DNA from: an uncultured virus (IMG/VR IMGVR_UViG_3300030085_002643)
Taxonomy: Duplodnaviria; Heunggongvirae; Uroviricota; Caudoviricetes; Kyanoviridae
IMG/VR virus record: IMGVR_UViG_3300030085_002643
Length of the DNA: 64,000 bases
Direction: 5' to 3' (one strand)
A program made the position numbers and the translations under genes. Of the stretch, positions 28,369 through 36,790 are shown piece after piece; the first letter of the stretch is position 1, and each line of letters starts with the position of its first letter. Under the pieces are notes generated by a model that was not told where the DNA came from, made no database searches, and worked only from the letters and a program-made list of their open reading frames with translations.

Positions 28369-29955
28369 GTCAGCAAAATATAAGAAATCAATCTCAGAAT
28401 TTTTCATAGTTCTGATAGCATCAGCAGGAGTTTCTACAATACATTCACCCGCAAGGTTAAAGGATGTATTGAACAGAATAGGAACTCCTGTTTTTTCGTA
28501 GAAACATGCCAACAGTTGATAAAAATGAAAGTTCTGATCAACGGTCACAGTTTGAACTCTGCATGAATAATCTACATGAGTAACGCCAGGTATATCATCT
28601 GATAATACTTCAACAGCGTACATCATGAAAGGACTTTCTTCCATTCCTCTAAGATCAAACCAATCGTTAGCATATTCCTGCATAACTGATGCTGCGAAAG
28701 GTCTAAACTCCTCACGTTTTTTAATTCTGTTGATTTTCTCTTTTGCATTCGGATCACGAGGATCATACAAAATACTTCTATTACCAAGTGCTCTAGGACC
28801 TGCTTCAGATCTATATTGAAAAATAGCAACAACTTTACCATCTGCTAGAGCATCTGCCACTTCAAATGGTGTTGTAGGTCTAGTGTTTTCCATATACAAC
28901 TGAGACATATTATCTCTTCGTGGTCCTAGATATAAACTCTTCAAAGGACGTTTTGTTGTATCTCTAGTCTTCTCGTGGTAAATATATTTTGCTGCACCAA
29001 TAGATGTGCCCGCATCACTAGACACAGGTTCAATATACAGGTTGACATCTTTTGGTAGGACACTCAAATAATAATAGTTTGCTACACAGTTAAGAAAGAA
29101 TCCACCTGATAGACAAACGTTCTTACATCCAGTTCGTTCGATTTGATGTAGAATATATTGAGCAACGTATTCTTGAGTTTGTTTCTGTAATGTATGAGCA
29201 AAATCTGCTTTATCATTGAAACTTTCAAATAAAAAGTTTACTCCAGTATCATGAAGATCTTTGCCAATATAGAATAGTTCGTTATCAATTAAACTATCTT
29301 GATATATTGAGATAGGAAGTTCTTCACCATAAGATGCCATCCCCATAACCTTACCCGCATCTAGTTCATGAAAACCAAATGCCATAGATGTTTTTTGAAA
29401 TGCCATCCCCTCACCTAGATTGTTAGAGATAAGTGTCTCATCAAATCTATGATTTGCTTCAAAAGGTACAGCAACATGCCTATCAATGATTCTAAAATCA
29501 GTTGGATATGCTGCTGTAAATGTTGTTGTTAGTTCTCTACCATAAGTTCCTGATTGGAATTGTTCTCCTACTAAAGGTACGTCTGATCCCATTCCATCTT
29601 TAACAATACATATTGCTTCATCAAATCCTGAGTTGTAGAAAGCATGTGCTGCATGTAGTTTATGATGCGATAGTGAGAGATCATAAACGTTTGTATCATA
29701 CTTATTCTCTTTGGTCTTTACATACAAACTATAAGCATCATCATCTACAAAACAATCGACAGGAGTTGTCTTTCCTACACCAGCAATACAAATATTATCA
29801 AGGTTACTAGTATCTAACTGAGTCAAACATTGAAACGGAAAGGCATCGTATTTTCTATTGGATAATCTTTCGTTCTCAAGGTGGTAGACAATTTCTCCAT
29901 CTTGTAGTAGAGTAGTAGCAGAATTATGAACTCTACTGATACCTAGGTTTCTCAT
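28315..29955 (-). CDS. O-carbamoyltransferase (NodU/CmcH/TobZ family)
   Basis: HNSAT..ENERLS..K, HHKLHAAHAFY.SGF, GKVMGMASYG, SGGFFLNCVAN, DAGTSIGAA, EAGPRALGNRS, RPFA, LFNTSFN; start ATG 29955 preferred. Confidence 0.95.
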   Translation of the reverse strand: MRNLGISRVHNSATTLLQDGEIVYHLENERLSNRKYDAFPFQCLTQLDTSNLDNICIAGVGKTTPVDCFVDDDAYSLYVKTKENKYDTNVYDLSLSHHKLHAAHAFYNSGFDEAICIVKDGMGSDVPLVGEQFQSGTYGRELTTTFTAAYPTDFRIIDRHVAVPFEANHRFDETLISNNLGEGMAFQKTSMAFGFHELDAGKVMGMASYGEELPISIYQDSLIDNELFYIGKDLHDTGVNFLFESFNDKADFAHTLQKQTQEYVAQYILHQIERTGCKNVCLSGGFFLNCVANYYYLSVLPKDVNLYIEPVSSDAGTSIGAAKYIYHEKTRDTTKRPLKSLYLGPRRDNMSQLYMENTRPTTPFEVADALADGKVVAIFQYRSEAGPRALGNRSILYDPRDPNAKEKINRIKKREEFRPFAASVMQEYANDWFDLRGMEESPFMMYAVEVLSDDIPGVTHVDYSCRVQTVTVDQNFHFYQLLACFYEKTGVPILFNTSFNLAGECIVETPADAIRTMKNSEIDFLYFADLGCWVSNNHDARTAVTA

Positions 29956-29981
29956 GGGGATCATTAATTCTCGATACATAT

Positions 29982-29990
29982 ATTATAACA
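29982..29990 (-). promoter_or_regulatory. extended -10 (TGTTATAAT) for the carbamoyltransferase
   Basis: Minus strand reads TGTTATAAT about 26 nt upstream of ATG 29955. Confidence 0.5.
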
Positions 29991-30003
29991 TGATAATGAA
30001 CTT

Positions 30004-30561
30004 ATGACATGGAACACTATGTGGTATGACACACAGATTCCTGAAGAACTAGTTAGTCTCATTGAAAGGGAGTGTGTCCCATATGATGAAAAGGTTGATG
30101 TCGCTCAAGTAAGAGAAGGTGTTTCTTTTAAGACGAGAGATAGTCAAACCTCTTGGATTCCTGCAACCAATTGGGTTGGTGGGTTTTGTATGTCTTATGT
30201 ATTAAAAGCAAACCGAGAAAACTATCAGTATGACATAGAAGGTATTGATCAAGATGAGATTCAATACACTGTATATGAGAAAGGTCAGTATTATAACTGG
30301 CATCAAGATGCCACTATTGAGTCTGTAGGTGAAGATAATAAGTTGAGAAAACTTTCATTCATCTTACAATTATCCTCTCCTGATGAATATCAGGGTGGTA
30401 ATATTGAAATGAAAACTACTGATGATAATGTTTATCTTGTCCCTAGAAGGAGAGGTACGTTAATTGTATTTGATAGTAGAACTATTCACAGAGTTACAGA
30501 GGTTACTGGAGGTATTCGTAAAACTCTGGTAGGATGGGTTACTGGACCGAGGTGGAAATAA
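30004..30561 (+). CDS. 2OG-Fe(II) oxygenase
   Basis: YNWHQD...RKLS...YQGG...HRVTEVTGG.RKTLVGW. Confidence 0.92.
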   Translation: MTWNTMWYDTQIPEELVSLIERECVPYDEKVDVAQVREGVSFKTRDSQTSWIPATNWVGGFCMSYVLKANRENYQYDIEGIDQDEIQYTVYEKGQYYNWHQDATIESVGEDNKLRKLSFILQLSSPDEYQGGNIEMKTTDDNVYLVPRRRGTLIVFDSRTIHRVTEVTGGIRKTLVGWVTGPRWK

Positions 30562-31124
30562 TGCATCATACAGAGTGGAGTCTTTACGAGATCAAAAAAT
30601 TAGCAGTCGCACCAGTTTTAATTGAAGAACCCCCTTTAGAAAGAGGGAAGTTTGGATATGATAAACATGGTAGAATGGAAAACTTGTCTGAAGAAGGACA
30701 AGTTCCTAACAGTCTTGCAAGATATAATCACCCCAAGTATAAAGAACTATACTATGGTGTAAAACAAAATGTTGAACAAATTCTGGGTGAGAAGTTATAT
30801 CCAACCTATTATTTTGATAGGTTTTACTTCAAAGGTCAGAAATTAGAGAGACATAAGGATAGACCTGCATGTGAAGTTAGCGTGTCCATGAATATCAGCA
30901 CAAACGCTGATTATGATTGGCCCATATACTTTCAACTTCATACTGGTGAGATAAAAGAACTGGTCACTAGACATGGTGATGCAGTATTATATAAGGGTAT
31001 GGAGTTAGAACACTGGAGAGAACCCTTAAAAGGAGATCGTGATGTATACTATCATCAAATCTTCATGCACTATGTGAGAGCAGACGGATATCACGTCGAA
31101 TATGCTTATGACACTAAGTGCTAA
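30561..31124 (+). CDS. 2OG-Fe(II) oxygenase-like protein
   Basis: LERHKDRPACEVS...GDAVLYKG.E.EHWRE...Q.F.HYV; TAATG coupling. Confidence 0.8.
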   Translation: MHHTEWSLYEIKKLAVAPVLIEEPPLERGKFGYDKHGRMENLSEEGQVPNSLARYNHPKYKELYYGVKQNVEQILGEKLYPTYYFDRFYFKGQKLERHKDRPACEVSVSMNISTNADYDWPIYFQLHTGEIKELVTRHGDAVLYKGMELEHWREPLKGDRDVYYHQIFMHYVRADGYHVEYAYDTKC

Positions 31125-31158
31125 ATAACTAAAGATCATTTAATTTTGATTTAAAAGG

Positions 31159-31539
31159 ATGGCACATTACGCTAAAATAGATGAAAATAATGTTGTCGAG
31201 AGAGTTGAGAAACTTGATGACTTTTACGAGTGGACAGACACTGGTGAATTAAGTGAACAGAATGCAATTGCATACCTGAGAAAGATTTGGGGTGAGAGCA
31301 CTAATTGGGTGAAAACCTCTTACAATGCAAACATTCGTGGAATGTATGCTGGTATTGGTGATATCTATCGTGCTGATCTAGATAAATTTGTGTCTGCAAA
31401 ACCCGCTGGTATGGATTCATGGGTATTCAATGAAGAGACATTACAGTGGGAACCACCTATTCCTATGCCCCCTGCTAACGAAGAACGTACATGGGAGTGG
31501 AATGAAGAACTACAAAAATGGGATGAAGAATTACAATGA
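31159..31539 (+). CDS. hypothetical late protein (possible fibre assembly chaperone)
   Basis: MAHYAKIDENNVV...KTSYNAN.RGMYAGIG...SWVFNEET.QWEPPIPMP; TAAATA at 31122-31127. Confidence 0.65.
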   Translation: MAHYAKIDENNVVERVEKLDDFYEWTDTGELSEQNAIAYLRKIWGESTNWVKTSYNANIRGMYAGIGDIYRADLDKFVSAKPAGMDSWVFNEETLQWEPPIPMPPANEERTWEWNEELQKWDEELQ

Positions 31540-31880
31540 AAAAACATTATGAATGGGTCGCTTTTGACGCTGCAATTAATTTATTGAGACCTCGTGCGAA
31601 ATGGTCATTAAACCATGGAAAATTTGATTGGCAAGATCCTAGACCTTGCCCAACCATGGAACAAGTTGAAGACGTATTAAATAAAATTAAAGACTTTGAA
31701 GAAAGTATTGATTACATTCTTCTACCAGAACAAGAGGCGGCAGAACCTAATCCATGTGAAGATCCAGAATTTATTGCATGGAATTATCAACAGGATCTTA
31801 ATGATGGTGGCACATATACTGGCGGTGGTAACGTGCAGGGCGAAGGAATTGGAGGAGAAGGTGGTGTAAGTCCACAATAA
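31536..31880 (+). CDS. XkdW-like / tail fibre assembly-type protein
   Basis: AINLLRPRAKWSL...W.DPRPCPT.EQV pattern. Confidence 0.5.
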   Translation: MKKHYEWVAFDAAINLLRPRAKWSLNHGKFDWQDPRPCPTMEQVEDVLNKIKDFEESIDYILLPEQEAAEPNPCEDPEFIAWNYQQDLNDGGTYTGGGNVQGEGIGGEGGVSPQ

Positions 31881-31881
31881 T

Positions 31882-32412
31882 ATGAAGGATTATTTTTATC
31901 ATTACAGATTGAATGATCCTAAACCATTCAAATCTGATGTTGACGCTGCTGTTAAAGATTGTGGATTAGAGTGTCTCAACCCACATATCATGGACATATC
32001 TACAAGTCTCCATGGAAAACAATATCATTTAATGGAAGAACAAACTGTTCCATATCTTAATGGTATTGTGAGTCAAGTCAAAAAAATGATTGACGATTCT
32101 CTCAACGTAAAAAATATAAAACTAGCATCTGCATGGACAGTGTATGGTGAGAAAGGTACATTTCATACCATGCATCAACATAATACTAACAATGATATCT
32201 GTAGTGTGATATACTTGGATGTGCAGGAAGAAATTGCACCACACAAGTATGGTTCTTTCTATTATTATTTGGACGGTATAAAATTATTTCCACCAGGTGT
32301 TGGTGATGTATTAATTTTTCCAGCAACTTTATGGCATGGGTCATATCCCCAACAAACAGATATGAGACATGTATTGAATCTTGACTTTACTTATGAAACA
32401 GATCTTCAGTAA
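31882..32412 (+). CDS. 2OG-Fe(II) oxygenase-like (HxH type)
   Basis: SAW...HTMHQH...SVIYL...LIFPA.LWHG...R. Confidence 0.8.
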   Translation: MKDYFYHYRLNDPKPFKSDVDAAVKDCGLECLNPHIMDISTSLHGKQYHLMEEQTVPYLNGIVSQVKKMIDDSLNVKNIKLASAWTVYGEKGTFHTMHQHNTNNDICSVIYLDVQEEIAPHKYGSFYYYLDGIKLFPPGVGDVLIFPATLWHGSYPQQTDMRHVLNLDFTYETDLQ

Positions 32413-32947
32413 TCAATTCTATTATCAATATAGAATGCCTGACTTTGATCTTCTCAAAGAGAGATTGGAAACAGTCACAAAATATGATGATTCTGACTTT
32501 ACATGGGGAGACCTATGTAAGATTGAACGCGACTCATATGATGTAAATGATTTCTTTGATATCTTAGTCAAACCCTTGGGGTTGCTGTCTGGTGATCTTG
32601 GTGTACAATTCAATGCCAAGTTCTTAAATCCATGGGCAAACAGATACGAGAAGGGTGCATTTCAAGAGATTCATTATCATGACGATTGTGATATTGCAGG
32701 TGTTGTATTTTTGAATGATGGTGAAGACTTCTCGAAGTTTTATTTTTGGGATGCTAATCACACAGCATTTACTAAACCATGGATCAAAATATTAACAAAA
32801 ATGAAATTATCTAACATTTATTATCCTGATGTAAAAGCAGGTGATGTTATATTGTTTCCATCACACATGTTACATGGAGTATCTCCACATGGATCTGATA
32901 CAGTCAGAAAAACATTTTCTTTTAATGTGGTAGTGACAGATGTCTGA
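32393..32947 (+). CDS. 2OG-Fe(II) oxygenase-like (HxH type)
   Basis: WAN.Y.KG.FQEIHYH...GDVILFPSHMLHGV...RKTFSFN. Confidence 0.85.
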   Translation: MKQIFSNQFYYQYRMPDFDLLKERLETVTKYDDSDFTWGDLCKIERDSYDVNDFFDILVKPLGLLSGDLGVQFNAKFLNPWANRYEKGAFQEIHYHDDCDIAGVVFLNDGEDFSKFYFWDANHTAFTKPWIKILTKMKLSNIYYPDVKAGDVILFPSHMLHGVSPHGSDTVRKTFSFNVVVTDV

Positions 32948-33458
32948 AGTATATCTAACTGAAAATTTTATGTCTGGTGATACATGTGACTGGTTCACAT
33001 CCTTTCATGAGACTATGTTTCCGTTCTATGGAACTAATTTTGAAAACAGAAAGATCATTAATTTGACTGAACTGATCCATGTATTGTACAATAATACTCT
33101 ACCATATGATGTCACTGACTATTTGAAACAAACTCAGGCGGATCTCATTACAGAAGTTAAGAAGTATGATCCCCAAGCATTTCCTAATTACATTCACTGC
33201 ACTAAGTGGACTGCACCTATCTACCAACCAATTCACACAGATTTTGATGAGCATGTGTGGACATCTATTTTATATCTCAACGATAACTTCACAGGTGGCA
33301 ATACAATCATTGAAGGTGAGAAGATAAAACCCATGAAGGGTGCTGTTCTTACATTCAAAGGTGAACTTAAACATGGTGTTGAAGAAGTTATTCAGGGCAA
33401 TCGTTATACAATTTCGGTATGGTATAAAAATAAACTAGGAGTAAACAAATACAGATGA
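32940..33458 (+). CDS. 2OG-Fe(II) oxygenase (prolyl 4-hydroxylase-like)
   Basis: HTD...SILYLNDNFTGG...HGVEEV..GNRYTIS.W. Confidence 0.9.
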   Translation: MSEVYLTENFMSGDTCDWFTSFHETMFPFYGTNFENRKIINLTELIHVLYNNTLPYDVTDYLKQTQADLITEVKKYDPQAFPNYIHCTKWTAPIYQPIHTDFDEHVWTSILYLNDNFTGGNTIIEGEKIKPMKGAVLTFKGELKHGVEEVIQGNRYTISVWYKNKLGVNKYR

Positions 33459-34069
33459 TTATCGATTTATTCCCAACATCAATTTACATGGATAGTTTTG
33501 AACTATCTCCCAGCGATCATGCAAACTTATCTCAGGTAAAACTCTACAGAAATGTAGATGAGGAAGCATGGGTCAGCGATACTAATTTACATTTACAACC
33601 ATGGTATCAAAGCATACAAGGTAAGATACAAACTCATGTAGAGAAGTACATTTATGACGAAATGGGTTTGAGTAAAAGTTATAAGATGCAATGTCATGGT
33701 GCATGGTTGAATAGAAATGACAAAGGAGATTACACATCAATTCATCATCACTCTAACTCATTGATTAGTGGTGTCTACTATCTTGCTGTTCAAGATACAC
33801 AGGGACGCATACAATTTTATGATGACAAAGATGGACCTTTCGGTAGATACTTTACTGTATTAAATTATACAGAACAGAACAATCGCAACAGTCATCGTGC
33901 TAACGTAGAGTGTAAAAATGGCACAATAGTATTATTTCCATCGAGATTGAAGCACTCAGTGGCACCCAACCTGTCCGAAGAACCCAGATTCTCACTAGCA
34001 TTTGACTATACTATTGATGGTATTTTCGATGCGATGGTCAACCGAGTGAACTATGTGCCAGTCAAATAA
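33455..34069 (+). CDS. 2OG-Fe(II) oxygenase-like (HxH type)
   Basis: AWLN...HHHSNSLISGVYYL...LFPS.LKHSV.PN.S.E.R.SLAF. Confidence 0.9.
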   Translation: MIIDLFPTSIYMDSFELSPSDHANLSQVKLYRNVDEEAWVSDTNLHLQPWYQSIQGKIQTHVEKYIYDEMGLSKSYKMQCHGAWLNRNDKGDYTSIHHHSNSLISGVYYLAVQDTQGRIQFYDDKDGPFGRYFTVLNYTEQNNRNSHRANVECKNGTIVLFPSRLKHSVAPNLSEEPRFSLAFDYTIDGIFDAMVNRVNYVPVK

Positions 34070-34111
34070 ACTGTCCACCCACTTCCCCATTCCAGAATTG
34101 TGTGCTATAAT
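34055..34111 (+). promoter_or_regulatory. palindromic promoter cassette copy 1
   Basis: GTGCCAGT-caaataa-ACTGTCCAC, then TGcTATAAT (-10 at 34106-34111). Confidence 0.75.
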
Positions 34112-34134
34112 TCATAGGTAAACCACACGGAACA

Positions 34135-34344
34135 ATGCCGCAATTCACTCTCATTTGCACAGACGAAGACAACACAGTATCACGAAAGGAATTTGAGGCG
34201 ACTGTTCTAGACGAAGTTGTTGAAAAAACTGCTGACTTCCTGAAGGGAGTTGGTTATTGTTTTGAAGATCTTCAAACTCAGGTGTATCCTCTCCCCGATG
34301 AAACACCTGACTATGACACGCTTTATCGGAATTCCGATACCTGA
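34135..34344 (+). CDS. hypothetical protein
   Basis: 69 aa ORF directly downstream of cassette 1. Confidence 0.8.
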   Translation: MPQFTLICTDEDNTVSRKEFEATVLDEVVEKTADFLKGVGYCFEDLQTQVYPLPDETPDYDTLYRNSDT

Positions 34345-34383
34345 TACATATTACAGTAGTTTACTAAATTTTCAAACTTAGAC

Positions 34384-34575
34384 ATGGGTAAGACTTTTCG
34401 TAGAGGTGGTAACGAACGAGGTTACTACTCTTTCGGTAAATCTATTCGAGATAAGCGAGCAAAAGGAGGAACCAATCGTACAAACTGGGGGGATGACTAC
34501 AATGAAAAAACAAAAGAGTCAAAATCTAAAGGGCGACGAACAAACAGTGTCGAATTTGAAGATGACAGTTGGTGA
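34384..34575 (+). CDS. hypothetical basic protein
   Basis: MGKTFRRGG..., 63 aa. Confidence 0.7.
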   Translation: MGKTFRRGGNERGYYSFGKSIRDKRAKGGTNRTNWGDDYNEKTKESKSKGRRTNSVEFEDDSW

Positions 34576-34672
34576 AAATGACTTCGATGAATTTGAAAGA
34601 ATTTATGAAGACATTGAATATGATGATGGAACTGCGGTAGACTATGACCTAGACTACACTCATTCAGTCTGA
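34562..34672 (+). CDS. hypothetical acidic peptide (36 aa)
   Basis: 3' part of track ORF 34406-34672 from ATG 34562; fills the gap between neighbours. Confidence 0.45.
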   Translation: MTVGENDFDEFERIYEDIEYDDGTAVDYDLDYTHSV

Positions 34673-34676
34673 TTAA

Positions 34677-34856
34677 ATGGATACCGAAAACCAAGACGTA
34701 AAATTTAATCGTGGACTCGACTTATTCATCGAGTCCGTGTTGAAACCCGATCACAAACTACGTCAATGTGCTCACAATCAAAAGTGTTTCAATGAACTCA
34801 TGTGGGTCAGAGATGACGTGCTAGAGTATCTCAGAACAAAGCGGAGGGACACCTAA
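34677..34856 (+). CDS. hypothetical protein (59 aa)
   Basis: Manual ORF MDTENQDVKFNRGLDLFIESVLKPD...RQCAHNQKC. Confidence 0.75.
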   Translation: MDTENQDVKFNRGLDLFIESVLKPDHKLRQCAHNQKCFNELMWVRDDVLEYLRTKRRDT

Positions 34857-34857
34857 A

Positions 34858-35052
34858 ATGATAGGTCTCCACTCTGCTATTCTCGACAAAGATGAAAAAA
34901 TGATCCTAAAGGATGCCTTGTTCATGTACGTTTCTAATTTACAGAAACGATACTATCGTGACAAACTTATTGACAAAACTGTCTACTTCGACAAAATGAA
35001 AGAGGTCGAAGAAATTGTTGAAAAATTACACCTTTCGGAACTATACCGATGA
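34858..35052 (+). CDS. hypothetical protein
   Basis: 64 aa ORF with GGAGG RBS. Confidence 0.75.
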   Translation: MIGLHSAILDKDEKMILKDALFMYVSNLQKRYYRDKLIDKTVYFDKMKEVEEIVEKLHLSELYR

Positions 35053-35222
35053 TGCAAAAAGAAATTAGATTGCTTAAACATGCAATCAAAAAAGGAGAAG
35101 AAGATCCGTTCCTCTATTCTAATGAGGAAATGCACAAGTTGAAAAAGAAACTCAGGACTATCCGTGAGTGGAAACGATCTGCTATCATTGCACAAAAAGG
35201 AGGATTTGGTTATGATGTATGA
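35049..35222 (+). CDS. hypothetical protein (57 aa)
   Basis: Manual ORF MMQKEIRLLKHA...KGGFGYDV; ATGA overlap. Confidence 0.7.
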   Translation: MMQKEIRLLKHAIKKGEEDPFLYSNEEMHKLKKKLRTIREWKRSAIIAQKGGFGYDV

Positions 35223-35343
35223 TGTTGATTTTGACATCGCTTGGGATGAAAATGACATGGTTCGTACACCCGAGGATGATTGGATTTCATCTGTTCTTGG
35301 TGATGAAACTGAAGTAATTGATGAACTTATTAATGGCAACTGA
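35212..35343 (+). CDS. hypothetical acidic peptide (43 aa)
   Basis: Manual ORF with AGGAGG RBS. Confidence 0.6.
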   Translation: MMYDVDFDIAWDENDMVRTPEDDWISSVLGDETEVIDELINGN

Positions 35344-35488
35344 TCGCTGGCGAGTATCTTGGAAACGGCAAAAGAAAGTCAATGGATTCACATCAACTCA
35401 ATCAGTTGTAGTGTATGGCATTGACAATGTAGAGCACATTATTAAAACGGTTGTTCCTACTGATGAGTGGGATGTGACACCTGCATAA
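35333..35488 (+). CDS. hypothetical protein (51 aa)
   Basis: Manual ORF MATDRWRVSWKRQK...WDVTPA ending within cassette 2. Confidence 0.6.
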   Translation: MATDRWRVSWKRQKKVNGFTSTQSVVVYGIDNVEHIIKTVVPTDEWDVTPA

Positions 35489-35537
35489 ACTGTCCACCAC
35501 CTCTTGACTGGGGTGGTGTTTTATATTATATTATAAA
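35474..35537 (+). promoter_or_regulatory. palindromic promoter cassette copy 2 with -35 in a hairpin loop
   Basis: GTGACACC..ACTGTCCAC; CACCACC-tcTTGACtg-GGTGGTG; AT-rich -10 region. Confidence 0.65.
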
Positions 35538-35611
35538 TGTTGGAGGCAAGGGTGAGCACAGAAGTTGCTCTTTAAGGCGAACCTCTCCAACACATAATTC
35601 ACTACACTACA

Positions 35612-36217
35612 ATGGAAGTTCAAGCACACGGAAACAAATACGAAGACATCGTAACTCGTGAGAGAACTGGTCTATCTAAGAAAGAATACGATAAACTCAA
35701 GAAGAATGGATATACATCCAGTTTTGATCTATCTAAAGGTCTGAAGGTAGACTATAATGCGAGCATCAAAACTACTGGCAACAATACTATTTGCTGCTCT
35801 GATATATTGAGAATGATGTCACATGATGACTATCGTTTAATCGTTGGTTGTTATACACAGGAAGGAGATACTAAAGTATTTCATACACAATATGAGTTCC
35901 TTATTCAACCTAAGGATTATGCTGTATTGTGGGGAAAGATGGACTATCAACTAGTGGAATCATTTGTAGATTTTGTAAAAGGAATTCCAGAAGGACCAAA
36001 AGCACAGAAAGATACTAAATTTGTTCGTGATAACTTTCAACAAAGCGTATCATGTAATGAAGCATTATTCTCTATCAATCCTAAAGTAGACAGTAAGAAG
36101 CAACGTCGCGTTCAATGTTCACTAAAACTTGACGAATTGATTGCTAGTGGTGTACAATATACAAAGGAAGATCTTAACCTTACCATTCAATCTTCACGCC
36201 GTAAGTTCAACAAATGA
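35612..36217 (+). CDS. putative PD-(D/E)XK restriction-type endonuclease
   Basis: Q.HGNKYE (helix E), FDL, SIKTT spacing typical of type II REase catalytic cores; ATGA overlap with an MTase. Confidence 0.55.
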   Translation: MEVQAHGNKYEDIVTRERTGLSKKEYDKLKKNGYTSSFDLSKGLKVDYNASIKTTGNNTICCSDILRMMSHDDYRLIVGCYTQEGDTKVFHTQYEFLIQPKDYAVLWGKMDYQLVESFVDFVKGIPEGPKAQKDTKFVRDNFQQSVSCNEALFSINPKVDSKKQRRVQCSLKLDELIASGVQYTKEDLNLTIQSSRRKFNK

Positions 36218-36714
36218 GAGCATTTTGTCCCCCAAAAAATACTCCTGAGAAGGACATTGTGATGACGCCAGAATATCTGGCAAAGGAAATTATTCAGCAC
36301 TATAATCCTACTGGCAGGATCCTAGATCCTTGTCGTGGTGAAGGTGCTTTCTATGATAATTTCAATACTGATGATAAAGATTGGTGTGAACTTGGTGAAG
36401 GTAAAGATTTTCTCCTATATCAAAAGAAAGTCGATTGGATTATTACCAATCCACCGTGGTCTAAGATGCAACAATTCCTAGCACATGGTATGGTAATTGC
36501 TGATAATATTGTTTATCTTACAACTATCAATCACTACACTACAAAACGTAGAATTCGTGATATGAGAGAGCATGGATTTGCTATCAAAGAGATATACAAT
36601 GTCCCTACACCTAAGAATCCTTGGCCCCAACTAGGGTTCCAACTTGCTGCTGTTCACACACAGCGAGATTATAAAGGTGATATTAAGTTTTCGTATTCAC
36701 CCGATCTTTCCTGA
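36214..36714 (+). CDS. small N6-adenine DNA methyltransferase
   Basis: TP..LA, ILDPCRGEG (motif I) and IITNPPW (motif IV). Confidence 0.85.
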   Translation: MRAFCPPKNTPEKDIVMTPEYLAKEIIQHYNPTGRILDPCRGEGAFYDNFNTDDKDWCELGEGKDFLLYQKKVDWIITNPPWSKMQQFLAHGMVIADNIVYLTTINHYTTKRRIRDMREHGFAIKEIYNVPTPKNPWPQLGFQLAAVHTQRDYKGDIKFSYSPDLS

Positions 36715-36790
36715 TATAATCTTATACATACTTAAGTCAATCCTACGATTGGCATGTTAACGCCTAATTCGGGCACACTGAGGATAAAGA

